DNA of 64,000 nt from Candidatus Latescibacterota bacterium (GCA_965208125.1 OZ242320.1:5216001-5280000); one strand, 5' to 3'; counted from the first letter of the stretch, positions 36,533 to 46,296 are shown. Program-made: numbers and translations. Notes: a model not told the origin generated them from the letters alone.

Positions 36533-38158
36533 CTAAACTCCTATCGCATACCCATCGCGCCTCGGATCTGCACCGCCCATCAGCGCGCCCGATTCTGCAT
36601 CCACCACAATACCCTGCGCGCCCCCGCAAACGGCGGAATAATCGGGCAACACCTTCACATCGTGTCCACGCGCTTTCAGTGCGCGCCGAATAGATTTTGG
36701 CACCCGCCTTTCAATAGACACATTAGTACCCGCACTCTCAATGCGGAACCGAGGTGCTTCAATCGCCGCCTGTATATTCATGCCGTAATCCAGCACATTG
36801 GTCAAAAATTGCACCGACGTTTGTTGAATCCCCCAGCTCCCCGGCGTACCCAACGCAGAAAAAAGCGCGTCATCTCGAAACACCAGCATTGGCGACAAGC
36901 ACATATCCACTTTTTTGTGAGGCGCAATACAATTTGGACTATCGGGCACAAGATCGCCCCACCGAATAAAATTGTTTAAAAACATGCCCGTATCGCCCAT
37001 CATCACCCCCGACCCAAAACCCGACCCCAAACTCTGGGTTATCGCCACGGCATTGCCATCGCCATCAACCACATCGAAATGCGTCGTACATTCATTGAGC
37101 CAGGCCGTTGGATCGCCCGGTTCAATCTCGCCCGGCAATTTCGTCGCCGGATACCACTCGCCCCGGTGCACGCCCGCGCGATTTCCAATCAGCTTTCGGC
37201 GTTCTTCCGCATAGCCCTTCGCCAGCAATCCTTCAACAGGAGCCTGCGGGGCTGCCGCGTATTCTATCCGATCTGCATTGCCCAACTTCACGGCTTCGAT
37301 GAACAGGTGTAATGCCTGCTCCGAGTGGTGTTCCATATCCGCCAGATCGTATCCTTCCAGCATATTGAGCGTTTCGAGAATCTGAAACCCAGCACTCGGC
37401 GGTGGTGGACAAAACACCTCATAGCCGCGATAGGTCGTTACCAATGGATCAACCCATTCGGGTTCAAAATCCGCCAGGTCGCGCTCGGACAACCAGCCCC
37501 CTTCTCCCTGGATATATTCCGCCATTTCGCGCGCCAGATCGCCCCTATAAAAAACCTCCGCTCCCCCCTCAGCAACCCGCCGAAACGTTCGCGCCAAATC
37601 CTTTTGAAACAGAATTTCTCCCGGCAGAGGTCCGCGCCCACGCGACAGAATAACCCGCTCCCCCCTGTCGTTCAACCGCCCTCCACTACTCATCGACTGA
37701 CTATTCCTCACCGTCACAGCATACCCGTTCTCCGCCAGATCAATCGCAGGCGCAAATACTTGTGCCGGTGCCATTGTGCCATAGCACTCCAACAACTCCA
37801 ACCAGCCGCCACAAGCACCCGGCGTCAAACACGAACGCGGCCCAGCATCTTTATCCGCTGGGCTATCAAACAACTCGGCACGCGCTTGATACGGCGTTCG
37901 CCCGCAATAATCCAGCACGCGTCTGTGGTCATTTTTTGCATCATACACAATCGCATAGCCCACCCCTGCAATACCAGACATATAGGGTTCCACAACATTG
38001 AGCGCAGCAGCAACCGCAACCACAGCGTCAAACGCATTGCCCCCTTCGAGCAACATCCGCGCGCCAGATAGCGCAGCCAGCGGATGTGCGCACGCAACCA
38101 TCCCGCGCGTACCCGTAACCGTTGGTCTATGTGTCACACCATGTGCTGAAAAAGCCAT
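36533..38158 (-). CDS. ggt: Gamma-glutamyltransferase family protein
   Basis: GGNAFDA, VVEPYMSG, autocleavage TTHFDVVD, GTPG, GGADPRRDG. Confidence 0.9.
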   Translation of the reverse strand: MAFSAHGVTHRPTVTGTRGMVACAHPLAALSGARMLLEGGNAFDAVVAVAAALNVVEPYMSGIAGVGYAIVYDAKNDHRRVLDYCGRTPYQARAELFDSPADKDAGPRSCLTPGACGGWLELLECYGTMAPAQVFAPAIDLAENGYAVTVRNSQSMSSGGRLNDRGERVILSRGRGPLPGEILFQKDLARTFRRVAEGGAEVFYRGDLAREMAEYIQGEGGWLSERDLADFEPEWVDPLVTTYRGYEVFCPPPPSAGFQILETLNMLEGYDLADMEHHSEQALHLFIEAVKLGNADRIEYAAAPQAPVEGLLAKGYAEERRKLIGNRAGVHRGEWYPATKLPGEIEPGDPTAWLNECTTHFDVVDGDGNAVAITQSLGSGFGSGVMMGDTGMFLNNFIRWGDLVPDSPNCIAPHKKVDMCLSPMLVFRDDALFSALGTPGSWGIQQTSVQFLTNVLDYGMNIQAAIEAPRFRIESAGTNVSIERRVPKSIRRALKARGHDVKVLPDYSAVCGGAQGIVVDAESGALMGGADPRRDGYAIGV

Positions 38159-38196
38159 AGAACTGCTCCTATCCTAAGAGTGCATTTTAGGTCAAT

Positions 38197-38421
38197 TTAT
38201 TTTGCCTTGATAAACTCATCAACAGTAAGTCCTATATCCTGTGCGATTTGTCGCAACAGGACTGGTGAAATATCTCTTCCTTTATGAAATGGAACGGTCG
38301 TTGCTCTTCCATCTACATGACGATATTGTTTGTGTGAACCTCTTTGGCGTACTTCTCGAAACTGCAATCTTTTAAGCAACCGATCCACTTCTCGAGGTTT
38401 AAGTACTGGTATTTTAGGCAT
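38197..38421 (-). CDS. hicA: HicA mRNA interferase toxin
   Basis: 74 aa, basic, RQRGSHKQY and TTVPFH motifs. Confidence 0.9.
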   Translation of the reverse strand: MPKIPVLKPREVDRLLKRLQFREVRQRGSHKQYRHVDGRATTVPFHKGRDISPVLLRQIAQDIGLTVDEFIKAK

Positions 38422-38627
38422 TAAGACGTCACTATTTGTTGAGTGCCAAAAAACTCAGAATTGAGATATGGTTCACCATCCTCAAGAAGCATTTCGATCA
38501 CCTCTATCAGGTTCTTATTAAGCTCATCCAATGTCTCGCCTTGAGAATGTGCACCAGCAAAACCGGGCACATAGCCTACATATAACCCGGTATCCTTACA
38601 AAATTCTACAATAGCTGTAAAACGCAT
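38421..38627 (-). CDS. hicB: HicB antitoxin (short, no DNA-binding domain)
   Basis: YVGYVPGFAGAHSQGETLDEL; TAATG overlap with hicA. Confidence 0.88.
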   Translation of the reverse strand: MRFTAIVEFCKDTGLYVGYVPGFAGAHSQGETLDELNKNLIEVIEMLLEDGEPYLNSEFFGTQQIVTS

Positions 38628-38901
38628 ATTTCACCTCGCTTAATTATAACTGGAGAGTACCTATTCCAATGCGGCGACTTGTTATTCAGATGGTACCTCG
38701 ATTCGAAATTCACGGCCAACCTTTCTCGCTTGAACACAGGGAATATTACGTTCTTGGCAGAGAGTCTCGATCTTGGATTTGAACTGGTCCTCTATTTTTA
38801 TTCCGAGAATGACTCGGGAAATTGGCCCCGGCAATAGACATTCTTTACCACCTTCCTTCGTTATTAAACGCCATTCTTTCTCATAAGCCCATTCCTCTGA
38901 T

Positions 38902-39772
38902 TTAGGTAGTGTCTGAAAAGTAAGCTTTGAAGAGTTGTCTGATGCAGGCCAGCTTGACCATAGTGAGAAAATGAGTCGCCTTTTTTTCAAACCGAGTCAC
39001 AATCCGTCGGCAGTGTTTGAGCCAACCAAAGAGACGCTCTACGATATTGCGTTTGGCATATAATCTTTTATCACACTTTGGCCTTGGTCCTCTCTTACGC
39101 CGTTTTCTGCCTTTAGGAATCGCCTTGTTTGGGATAGCAGCCTTGATACCCCGTTTGCGTAGATAGACTCTGATGCGTGAGACATCATAAGATTTATCAG
39201 CCACCAGATACTGAGGTCGGTTTCTTGGACGTCCTTGTTTGGTGGGTATGCGTACCTTTGATAACAGCCTTTCAGCCTGTGTGGATTCTGACTGGTTGCC
39301 AGGGAGCAGGTCCACTGCTAAAGGATGCCCGACTGCATCGCAAAGAAGATGGATTTTCGTGGTCAAACCGCCACGAGAGCGTCCTAAAGCGTGGTCTGGG
39401 GGCTCTTCTTCACCCTCTTTACCCTTTTTTTTTCGCCCCTGCTGCGGCTTGTGTGGCTCGAATATGGGTTGCATCCATCATCCAGGTCGCATAATCTAAA
39501 AGGCCATCTTCATCCAATTTGAGATGCAATTTTTCTACAATGCGATCAAAAGTGCCATCCTGTTTCCATTTGCAGAATCGATCAAAGGCTGTCTGCCAAG
39601 GACCATATCGTTCTGGTAGGTCGCGCCAAGCTGCACCTGAACACAATATCCAGAAGACCCCGTTGAATAATGTACGATCATCTCGACGGGGACGACCCAT
39701 CTTCTTCGGCGGTGGAAACAAGTCTTGGATCAGATGCCATTCGTCGTCGCTCAGTTCGTATCTCCGTTGCAT
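38902..39772 (-). CDS. IS5-family transposase in two frames (orfA 39419-39772, orfB to 38902) joined at an A9 run
   Basis: orfA: YELSDDEW, GAAWRDLPERYGPW, DAT; orfB: GRSRGGLTTKIH, ADKSYD, RNIVERLF. Confidence 0.9.
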
Positions 39773-39841
39773 ATCATACTCCTTTGTCTTGGGCGTATGC
39801 TGCAACTAAAATACATACTTTACGACTTTTCAGACACTACC
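38905..39841 (-). mobile_element. IS5-family insertion sequence (IS427-like), 937 bp
   Basis: Perfect 17-bp terminal inverted repeats GGTAGTGTCTGAAAAGT / ACTTTTCAGACACTACC, flanking TA duplication, two transposase ORFs. Confidence 0.93.
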
Positions 39842-40417
39842 TAGTATACATCATAATTTTTAGCGTCTCACCATCTTGGTTAAGCAGTAACTGTCCAAGA
39901 TCAATTATTGGATAATGCCTGTCATATTTTACGGGTGAACAGGATTCTGAATCGCCAAGATCGTTGTCTTCAGCACGAGTAAATTCAAAGCAAACTCCCT
40001 CATGATTTTCTGCATAATGTGACCACATAAGTATCAAGTCACACGCTTCTGATAGACATATGACTCCAGAGTTCTTGTTCTCCTCAATAAGCTCTTGAAC
40101 CAACTTATCCAATCGATCCCGTTCTTCAAGAATAAATTTCCCATCGACGTCAAGCTTTGATGCTTTGTATTGGGCAAGTATTTTTTCACTCCGATGCCGG
40201 TGTATTGCCGCCAACATAAAATCTTCTGTTATACCTCCTGAAATTTCCAAATCACAATCAAATGGATCATTGAATCGCTCTGGTTTTGCTGCCCAAAGGC
40301 GACATTTCCGCAAGATGTCCAGCGTATAGCAGTTTGGAGGTTTGTACATGTAAAGTTTCGTGATATGAGGATAGTACATCTGTTATGTCTCCTAACTATT
40401 TTCAATACACTCAATTT

Positions 40418-41824
40418 CTATCTGAGCTTACGCTCTTCCACTTCAATAACTTCCAATTGCGCCTCTATTGCTGCGTAGTAATCGGGCAGTGGTTCAATCT
40501 CACACAGAATCTCAACACCATACTCCTGACAGTTAGCAAACAGGATCATACCACCTTCACTCGGCTCCTCTGTGTTCCGTATGGTAGCGCGTAGGTCGGC
40601 ATAGAAGCCTCTCGATTCTGAACGCTCGGTCTTTAGTTCCTTAGACGCCATTCTGTAAAATGTAGTTTTTACACTCGGAAAGACCATTCGTTTAAAGAAT
40701 CCCTCCTCAGCCACCTTTGCTGCCACAAGTTCTAAGTGTGGCTTAAAAGATGAGTCTATTGCATCTACTACTGCCCAGTACAGGTGCAGAAATTCGTCCC
40801 GAAAATTGGTAGCAAGCTCCTGAAGCACCTTAACAGCTTTTCGGAGATGCCGCTCCTTGAACCATCCACTGATTCCCTTTCCCGTAAAGATACCGATCAA
40901 GCTACCTAACATGGAGGTTGCAACCGGTATAATAACGGCTGATAAGCCCCCAGTTACGGGAGCCAACGCCAAGCCTGCCCCAAGACCAGCTTGGCCCCCA
41001 ATCCAGCCTCCAGCACCGACAGCAGCCGTGTCAAGCACGGTATGTTCCGCTGCAGTCTTTATATCCAGATCTCCTTTGTGCAACTTATAGATATTCTTAC
41101 TCGCGTTGATCGCTAATGTGATGAAGGGAATGCTGTCAATCCCATCTCCGAGATCGTTTATACCCTCAAATGTAGCCTCAGTGCTTGTTTCTGCTCCCTT
41201 CTCAGAGAGATTAGGATTGATTAGAACTCGGGGGTTGTCGCGAAAGGCATCCGCCATTTCCCGATTTGTGATCACATCAATATCCGGATGCTTGTCGAGA
41301 TGCTCCTGAATGTAACTTGGATTATCTGTAACTTTGACGTTGTATGACTTCCCATCTATTATATGATCCACTCCCTCTGCAGTACCTGACTCGGGGGTTT
41401 CAACGTTACGCCCCATATCTCGATAATAATCGGCCACAGTCTCTTCGCCGGTGTAGCCCTTGTATTTATTGATCATGTCTTCCCAAGTTTCTGATCCAGG
41501 TTCGGACCGAATGATTGTACTTTTCATGAAGTCCATGAGTTCACCAAGATTTTGGAAGTCTTTTGCATGATGTAGATGATCCATCCCTCTCAGAGCTTGG
41601 GGATCCAGCTTCATAGTGTTGTAGAGCACATCGAATACACTCACACCTGTCACAACTGCGCCATCTACCCCTAACTCTCTCGCTACACGCTTCATCAGTG
41701 GCTCATCAACCTTGAGTGTCTGTGTGAGAAAGGCCCGCTGGCGTGACCGACGGATGTATGAGGCTGTGTCAAGTGCGATAATTGCTATACACATAACAGC
41801 TATACTGATGAGAATAACTTCCAT
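40418..41824 (-). CDS. Hypothetical membrane-anchored protein with possible PD-(D/E)xK-like segment and Gly-rich hydrophobic hairpin
   Basis: Long ORF in an AT-richer island; N-terminal TM; KGYTGE...GVDHIIDG.SYNVK; GAGGWIGGQAGLGAGLALA. Start may be 41863. Confidence 0.65.
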   Translation of the reverse strand: MEVILISIAVMCIAIIALDTASYIRRSRQRAFLTQTLKVDEPLMKRVARELGVDGAVVTGVSVFDVLYNTMKLDPQALRGMDHLHHAKDFQNLGELMDFMKSTIIRSEPGSETWEDMINKYKGYTGEETVADYYRDMGRNVETPESGTAEGVDHIIDGKSYNVKVTDNPSYIQEHLDKHPDIDVITNREMADAFRDNPRVLINPNLSEKGAETSTEATFEGINDLGDGIDSIPFITLAINASKNIYKLHKGDLDIKTAAEHTVLDTAAVGAGGWIGGQAGLGAGLALAPVTGGLSAVIIPVATSMLGSLIGIFTGKGISGWFKERHLRKAVKVLQELATNFRDEFLHLYWAVVDAIDSSFKPHLELVAAKVAEEGFFKRMVFPSVKTTFYRMASKELKTERSESRGFYADLRATIRNTEEPSEGGMILFANCQEYGVEILCEIEPLPDYYAAIEAQLEVIEVEERKLR

Positions 41825-42034
41825 ATTAGAATTCCCTTCTTCTAATGTCAGAATGGTAATCAATAGGCCAAATTAAGGATCAGAATAATCTACATCCGGC
41901 TGGGCAAATTGGCAACCGTAGAGTCATAGCGATTATTGTTGCAGAATCTATTGCCCCATTTGCCACACCAACGTATATTGCCCCATCCGCTATCACATTC
42001 ATTCATGTCTGACTCAAATTGGGAAAGAAACCCT

Positions 42035-43147
42035 ATGGACCCCGTACAACTCACGCGCGAATTTGTATCCTTCAACTCCGCCAGCTATTTGAGCAATGTC
42101 GATTGCTCAAATGCCATGGCAGAAAGAATGCGCGAAGCCGGCCTCGCGGTCGAACGCATCCCCTACACAGACCCCAACGGCGTTTCCAAACTGAACCTCG
42201 TCGGCAAGAAGGGTAATGGCCCTGGGGGCCTCGCCCTGATGGGACACAACGACGTCGTCCCCGCCGAAGGTTGGGCCTGGAACCCCTTTGAAGTCGTCGA
42301 AAAGGGATCCCGTATCTACGGACGCGGCGTAGCCGACATGAAAGGTTCGGTCGCCTGTATGATCGCCACGGCAAGCCGTTTCTCCATTGACGAACTCAAA
42401 CAGCCCATCTACGTAGTCGTCACAGGAGATGAAGAAATCAACTGCGGAGGTGCCGATGTCGTCGCCCAAAAATCCGAGGTACTAAAAGAATCCAACGTGC
42501 GCTACGGCATAATTGGCGAACCGACTCTGCTCGACGTGGTACACGCTCATAAAGGATCGGTCAAAATCAGTGTCACAGCCACGGGAAAAGCCACGCACAG
42601 CAGCACGGGAACAGGCATCAATGCCAATCACAAACTCATCCCCTTTCTCAACGACATGCTCGACATAGACCACGAACTTAAAACCAATGAGAAATACCTA
42701 AACCACGCCTTCACGCCCCCACACGCCACCCTCAACACCGTTATACACGGAGGGGAACAAGCATCGAACATCACCACGCCAGAAAGCGGGGCAACCCTCA
42801 ACATGCGCCCCATGCCGGGACAGGATTTTGCGCCTCTGCTCAATAAAATCAGAACACTGGCTGAAAAACGCGGGGTACACGTCGATATCTACGATGGACT
42901 CGCCCCACTCCACACCCCGGTAGAATCTCGCATCGTGCAAGAAGCCCTCTCTATCACAAACAAGCGCGAACCCAAAACCGTAGCCTACGGAACCGACGGC
43001 ATGATCTTTGGCAAAACCATGGAACTCGTCGTACTCGGTCCCGGCAATATCCAACAAGCACACACCATTGACGAATGGATCGAAATCGAACAACTCCACC
43101 AAGCTGTGGATACCTTCTCGGAAATGGTGCGGCGATTTTGTAGTTAA
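42035..43147 (+). CDS. argE: M20 family metallohydrolase (acetylornithine deacetylase-like)
   Basis: GHNDVVP, GRGVADMKG, DEE, GEPT, HSS, GPG..QAHTIDE. Start may be 42005. Confidence 0.8.
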   Translation: MDPVQLTREFVSFNSASYLSNVDCSNAMAERMREAGLAVERIPYTDPNGVSKLNLVGKKGNGPGGLALMGHNDVVPAEGWAWNPFEVVEKGSRIYGRGVADMKGSVACMIATASRFSIDELKQPIYVVVTGDEEINCGGADVVAQKSEVLKESNVRYGIIGEPTLLDVVHAHKGSVKISVTATGKATHSSTGTGINANHKLIPFLNDMLDIDHELKTNEKYLNHAFTPPHATLNTVIHGGEQASNITTPESGATLNMRPMPGQDFAPLLNKIRTLAEKRGVHVDIYDGLAPLHTPVESRIVQEALSITNKREPKTVAYGTDGMIFGKTMELVVLGPGNIQQAHTIDEWIEIEQLHQAVDTFSEMVRRFCS

Positions 43148-43171
43148 GCGGTCATAATTTCGCAACTGCGG

Positions 43172-43200
43172 TTGACTTCGAGTTGGGACTTACGTAGATT
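43172..43200 (+). promoter_or_regulatory. Putative sigma-70 promoter
   Basis: TTGACT-17 bp-TAGATT. Confidence 0.5.
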
Positions 43201-43343
43201 TATTTTTTTCATGTGAAGATAAGTGAGACCTGACGGATGAATTAAAAAAACAAGCCAAAGGGAAACACCAATTTGAATAATTCGACTTGCCCAGTCAGCA
43301 CTCAATCACTGGCTAAAACTCGAGTGCTGAAAGGATCCCCACT

Positions 43344-43610
43344 ATGAACATGCCAACATTCGAAAGCCGTGTTGCAACCCTGGAAGCTATCCAAGCACAA
43401 ATCAATGAACGCTTGAATAGTATTGACAATCGCTTGAACGGCATTGAAAATCGTCAGGACAATCGTTTCAATAGCATGGACAATCGCTTGACAGGAATTG
43501 AAACCCGCATCAATAGCAATTTCAAATGGATTATGGGCTTGTTGATCACAGTCTTGCTTGCCAACATCGGCACGGCTATCACCATCGTCTTGACACTTGC
43601 CAAACCTTGA
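43344..43610 (+). CDS. Small coiled-coil protein with C-terminal membrane anchor
   Basis: Heptad repeats (RLNSIDN-RLNGIEN...RLTGIET) then a hydrophobic helix; RBS AAGGA; own terminator. Confidence 0.75.
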   Translation: MNMPTFESRVATLEAIQAQINERLNSIDNRLNGIENRQDNRFNSMDNRLTGIETRINSNFKWIMGLLITVLLANIGTAITIVLTLAKP

Positions 43611-43626
43611 TCCACTTCCGCATAAC

Positions 43627-43664
43627 AAAAAATCCCCGCGATTTTTCAATCGCGGGGATTTTTT
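43627..43664. terminator. Bidirectional intrinsic terminator
   Basis: A6-TCCCCGCGATT-tttc-AATCGCGGGGA-T6 between convergent genes. Confidence 0.9.
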
Positions 43665-43690
43665 ATGTGTAATCGGATTGGCGTAAATCT

Positions 43691-43957
43691 CTACCCACCC
43701 GCAATCGACGTCACAAAATGAACCTCACTATCGGGAGGTATCTGTGTCCGCAACCCCTCTTCGGTGACAACGCCATCAATCGCAACAGCCAGTCCAGGTG
43801 CAATCCGATAATCCTCGTACACCACCCGATCTTTAATACCGGGAAATTGTGCATCCAGGTTTTCGATCACCTCGCGCAAGGTATTGCCACCAACAACCAC
43901 CTTCTCCTGGCCATCGGTCAATTTTCGCATCAGCGAAGGAATCCACACTTCAGGCAT
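43691..43957 (-). CDS. MoaD/ThiS-family sulfur carrier
   Basis: Ubiquitin-like size and pattern, C-terminal IAGG. Confidence 0.85.
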   Translation of the reverse strand: MPEVWIPSLMRKLTDGQEKVVVGGNTLREVIENLDAQFPGIKDRVVYEDYRIAPGLAVAIDGVVTEEGLRTQIPPDSEVHFVTSIAGG

Positions 43958-43995
43958 AGTCAAACTCCTGTGTCTCTGGCCCTCAGATCAGCGGA

Positions 43996-46296
43996 TCAGG
44001 CCGAGCCGTTTCCACCGTTTTTATCCCACCAGGCTTCCAACACGCGCGGGGGCGACATGGGCAACTCTGTCAGACGCAGGCCAATGGCATCGTAAATCGC
44101 ATTGGCAACCGCTGCTGTGGGTGGCACAATCGGCACCTCTCCCACCCCGCGCACGCCATAGGGATGCCCCGGATTGGGAACCTCGACAATATGCGCATCA
44201 ATCATCGGCAAATCCAAACACGTTGGCATCCGATAATCCAATAAGCTGCTATTCCGCAAAATGCCATCTTCATCATACACATACTCTTCGTTGAGCGCCC
44301 AACCAATCGCCTGCGCCACGCCGCCCTGCATCTGCCCCTCCACATAGGGCGGATAAATCGCTTTCCCCGCATCCTGGAAAATCGACGCGCGCAAAATATC
44401 GACCTTACCCGTATCCGGATCGACCTCCACATCCACAATCGCCACCGCATAAGCCCCTCCAACACCTGTGGGTTTTGCCGTGGCGCGCCCCATCACCGGC
44501 CCGCCCGTTGAATCGAGCTTGGCCGCCAAATCCTTAAACGTAATCGACTTCGATGGATCGGACTTCGAGCGGAACACAGCCTGATCGAACTCGACATCGT
44601 CCTCGGAAATCTCCCACAGAATCGCCGCACGCGCCATCATCTGCTCTTTGATATCCTGCGCGCATTTATAAGCCGCCCAACCCGTCGCAAATGTCGTGCG
44701 CGAACCACCCGTCACACCCGTATAGCCAATCGAATCCGTATCGCCCACCTGCGGACGAACCTGCTGTTCCGAAATACCCAGCACTTCGGCCATCTGCATC
44801 GCAACCGATGTGCGCGTGCCCCCAATATCTGTTGACCCCTCCACCAGATTGATCGTGCCATCGTCATTCACACTCGCAGCCGCACTCGAAACACCGCCTC
44901 CATTGCCCCAAAAACCAGACGCCACACCGCGACCGCGATATTTTCCATTGAGCGCCGTCTGATAGTGGTCAGAAGAGACCGCAGCGCGAACGCATTCCTC
45001 GTGCCCAATGCGTTTGTTCACGGGACCATCTGCGCGGCGTGTGCCTTCTTTTGCAGAATTGCTCAACCGAAAATCCAGCGGATCGACCCCCAATTTCTCG
45101 GCGAGTTCATCCACCACGGTTTCAACGGCAAAAGCCGCATTCGTCGTGCCCGGCGCGCGATAGGCCGAAGAGGAAGGTTTGTTGTTCACCACATCATAAC
45201 CATCCACCAGAACATGTGGAATCACATAAGGTGCCAGCATATTGCGCGCGCCCGCGCCCACGGGACTACCGGAAAAAGCCCCCGCCTCATAGACCAGTTC
45301 GCTCTCGGCAGCGACGAGCTTGCCGTCATTGGTCGCGCCCATCTTCACCCGAATCCACGAACCCGACGTCGGGCCAGTCGCCTGCAAAACCTCGGTGCGG
45401 GTCATAATCATTTTTACCGGATGCCCGGTCTTTCTCGACAACAGCGCGGCAATCGGTTCCAAATACGCTTTGATCTTGCCGCCAAATCCCCCACCAATCT
45501 CCAGGGGCACAACCTTAATTTGCGACACGGGAATGCCCAAAATTCTCGCAGTCTGATCCCGCACGCCAAACGCACCCTGATTGCTGCACCAGATCGTCAC
45601 CACGCCATCGGCATTCCACAACACCGTGGCATTCTGCGGCTCAATATAGCCCTGATGCACCATATCCGTGAGAAACTCGCGCTCCACGATCACATCCGAT
45701 TCGGCAAATCCCTGTTCGATATCGCCCAATTCCGTGCGAAAATGCGACGCCACATTGCTGAAATTCTCGCTCCTCTCACCCATCGAATTGGTTCTCTGAT
45801 CTTCATGTACCAGAGGCGCATCGTCCTTCATCGCCTCCCGTACATCCAGCACATGGGGCAACACCTCGTATTCGACCTCAATCAAATCCAGTGCTTCTTC
45901 GGCAATATGGACATTAGTCGCCGCCACCGCCGCCACGGGATACCCCTGATAGAGCACCTTTTCGCGTGCCAGTACTGCCGCACACATATCCTTAACCCGC
46001 ACCACCTCTTCGCCCAAATCGGCCAACTGCTCCTCGGCATTGAGTGCCAAATCCTGCCCGGTAACAACCGCGCGCACGCCTTCAAGCGCTTCGGCCTTGC
46101 TCATATCAATCGACTTAATTCGAGCGTGCGCATGCGGGCTTCGCAAAACTCTGGCATGCAACATATCGGGCAAATTGAGGTCCGTACCGTAAATCGCCCT
46201 GCCCGTCACCTTATCCGCGCCATCGTGCCGCACTGGTCGCGTCCCCACGACCTTATAATCCGTAATGCCCAAATAATCTTCCTGTGGAATTGCCAT
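43996..46296 (-). CDS. Xanthine dehydrogenase/CoxL-family molybdopterin-binding subunit
   Basis: KVTGRAIY, RSPHAHARI, HQGYIEP, GGGFGGK, AYRAPG, GGSR, EGQMQGG, GVGE. Confidence 0.92.
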   Translation of the reverse strand: MAIPQEDYLGITDYKVVGTRPVRHDGADKVTGRAIYGTDLNLPDMLHARVLRSPHAHARIKSIDMSKAEALEGVRAVVTGQDLALNAEEQLADLGEEVVRVKDMCAAVLAREKVLYQGYPVAAVAATNVHIAEEALDLIEVEYEVLPHVLDVREAMKDDAPLVHEDQRTNSMGERSENFSNVASHFRTELGDIEQGFAESDVIVEREFLTDMVHQGYIEPQNATVLWNADGVVTIWCSNQGAFGVRDQTARILGIPVSQIKVVPLEIGGGFGGKIKAYLEPIAALLSRKTGHPVKMIMTRTEVLQATGPTSGSWIRVKMGATNDGKLVAAESELVYEAGAFSGSPVGAGARNMLAPYVIPHVLVDGYDVVNNKPSSSAYRAPGTTNAAFAVETVVDELAEKLGVDPLDFRLSNSAKEGTRRADGPVNKRIGHEECVRAAVSSDHYQTALNGKYRGRGVASGFWGNGGGVSSAAASVNDDGTINLVEGSTDIGGTRTSVAMQMAEVLGISEQQVRPQVGDTDSIGYTGVTGGSRTTFATGWAAYKCAQDIKEQMMARAAILWEISEDDVEFDQAVFRSKSDPSKSITFKDLAAKLDSTGGPVMGRATAKPTGVGGAYAVAIVDVEVDPDTGKVDILRASIFQDAGKAIYPPYVEGQMQGGVAQAIGWALNEEYVYDEDGILRNSSLLDYRMPTCLDLPMIDAHIVEVPNPGHPYGVRGVGEVPIVPPTAAVANAIYDAIGLRLTELPMSPPRVLEAWWDKNGGNGSA

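Larger units (their letters stand above)
38682..40379 (-). pseudogene. DUF2971-like gene interrupted by an IS5-family element
   Basis: 5' part has FNDPFDC and LMWSHYAENHEGVCFEF; removing 38905-39841 plus one TA restores ...MMYTKSEEWAYEKEWR... as a 759-nt frame (252 aa). Confidence 0.85.

Noticed and set aside
43996-46296. Aerobic CO dehydrogenase (coxL form I)
   Set aside because: Lacks the AYxCSFR motif and adjacent coxM/coxS.
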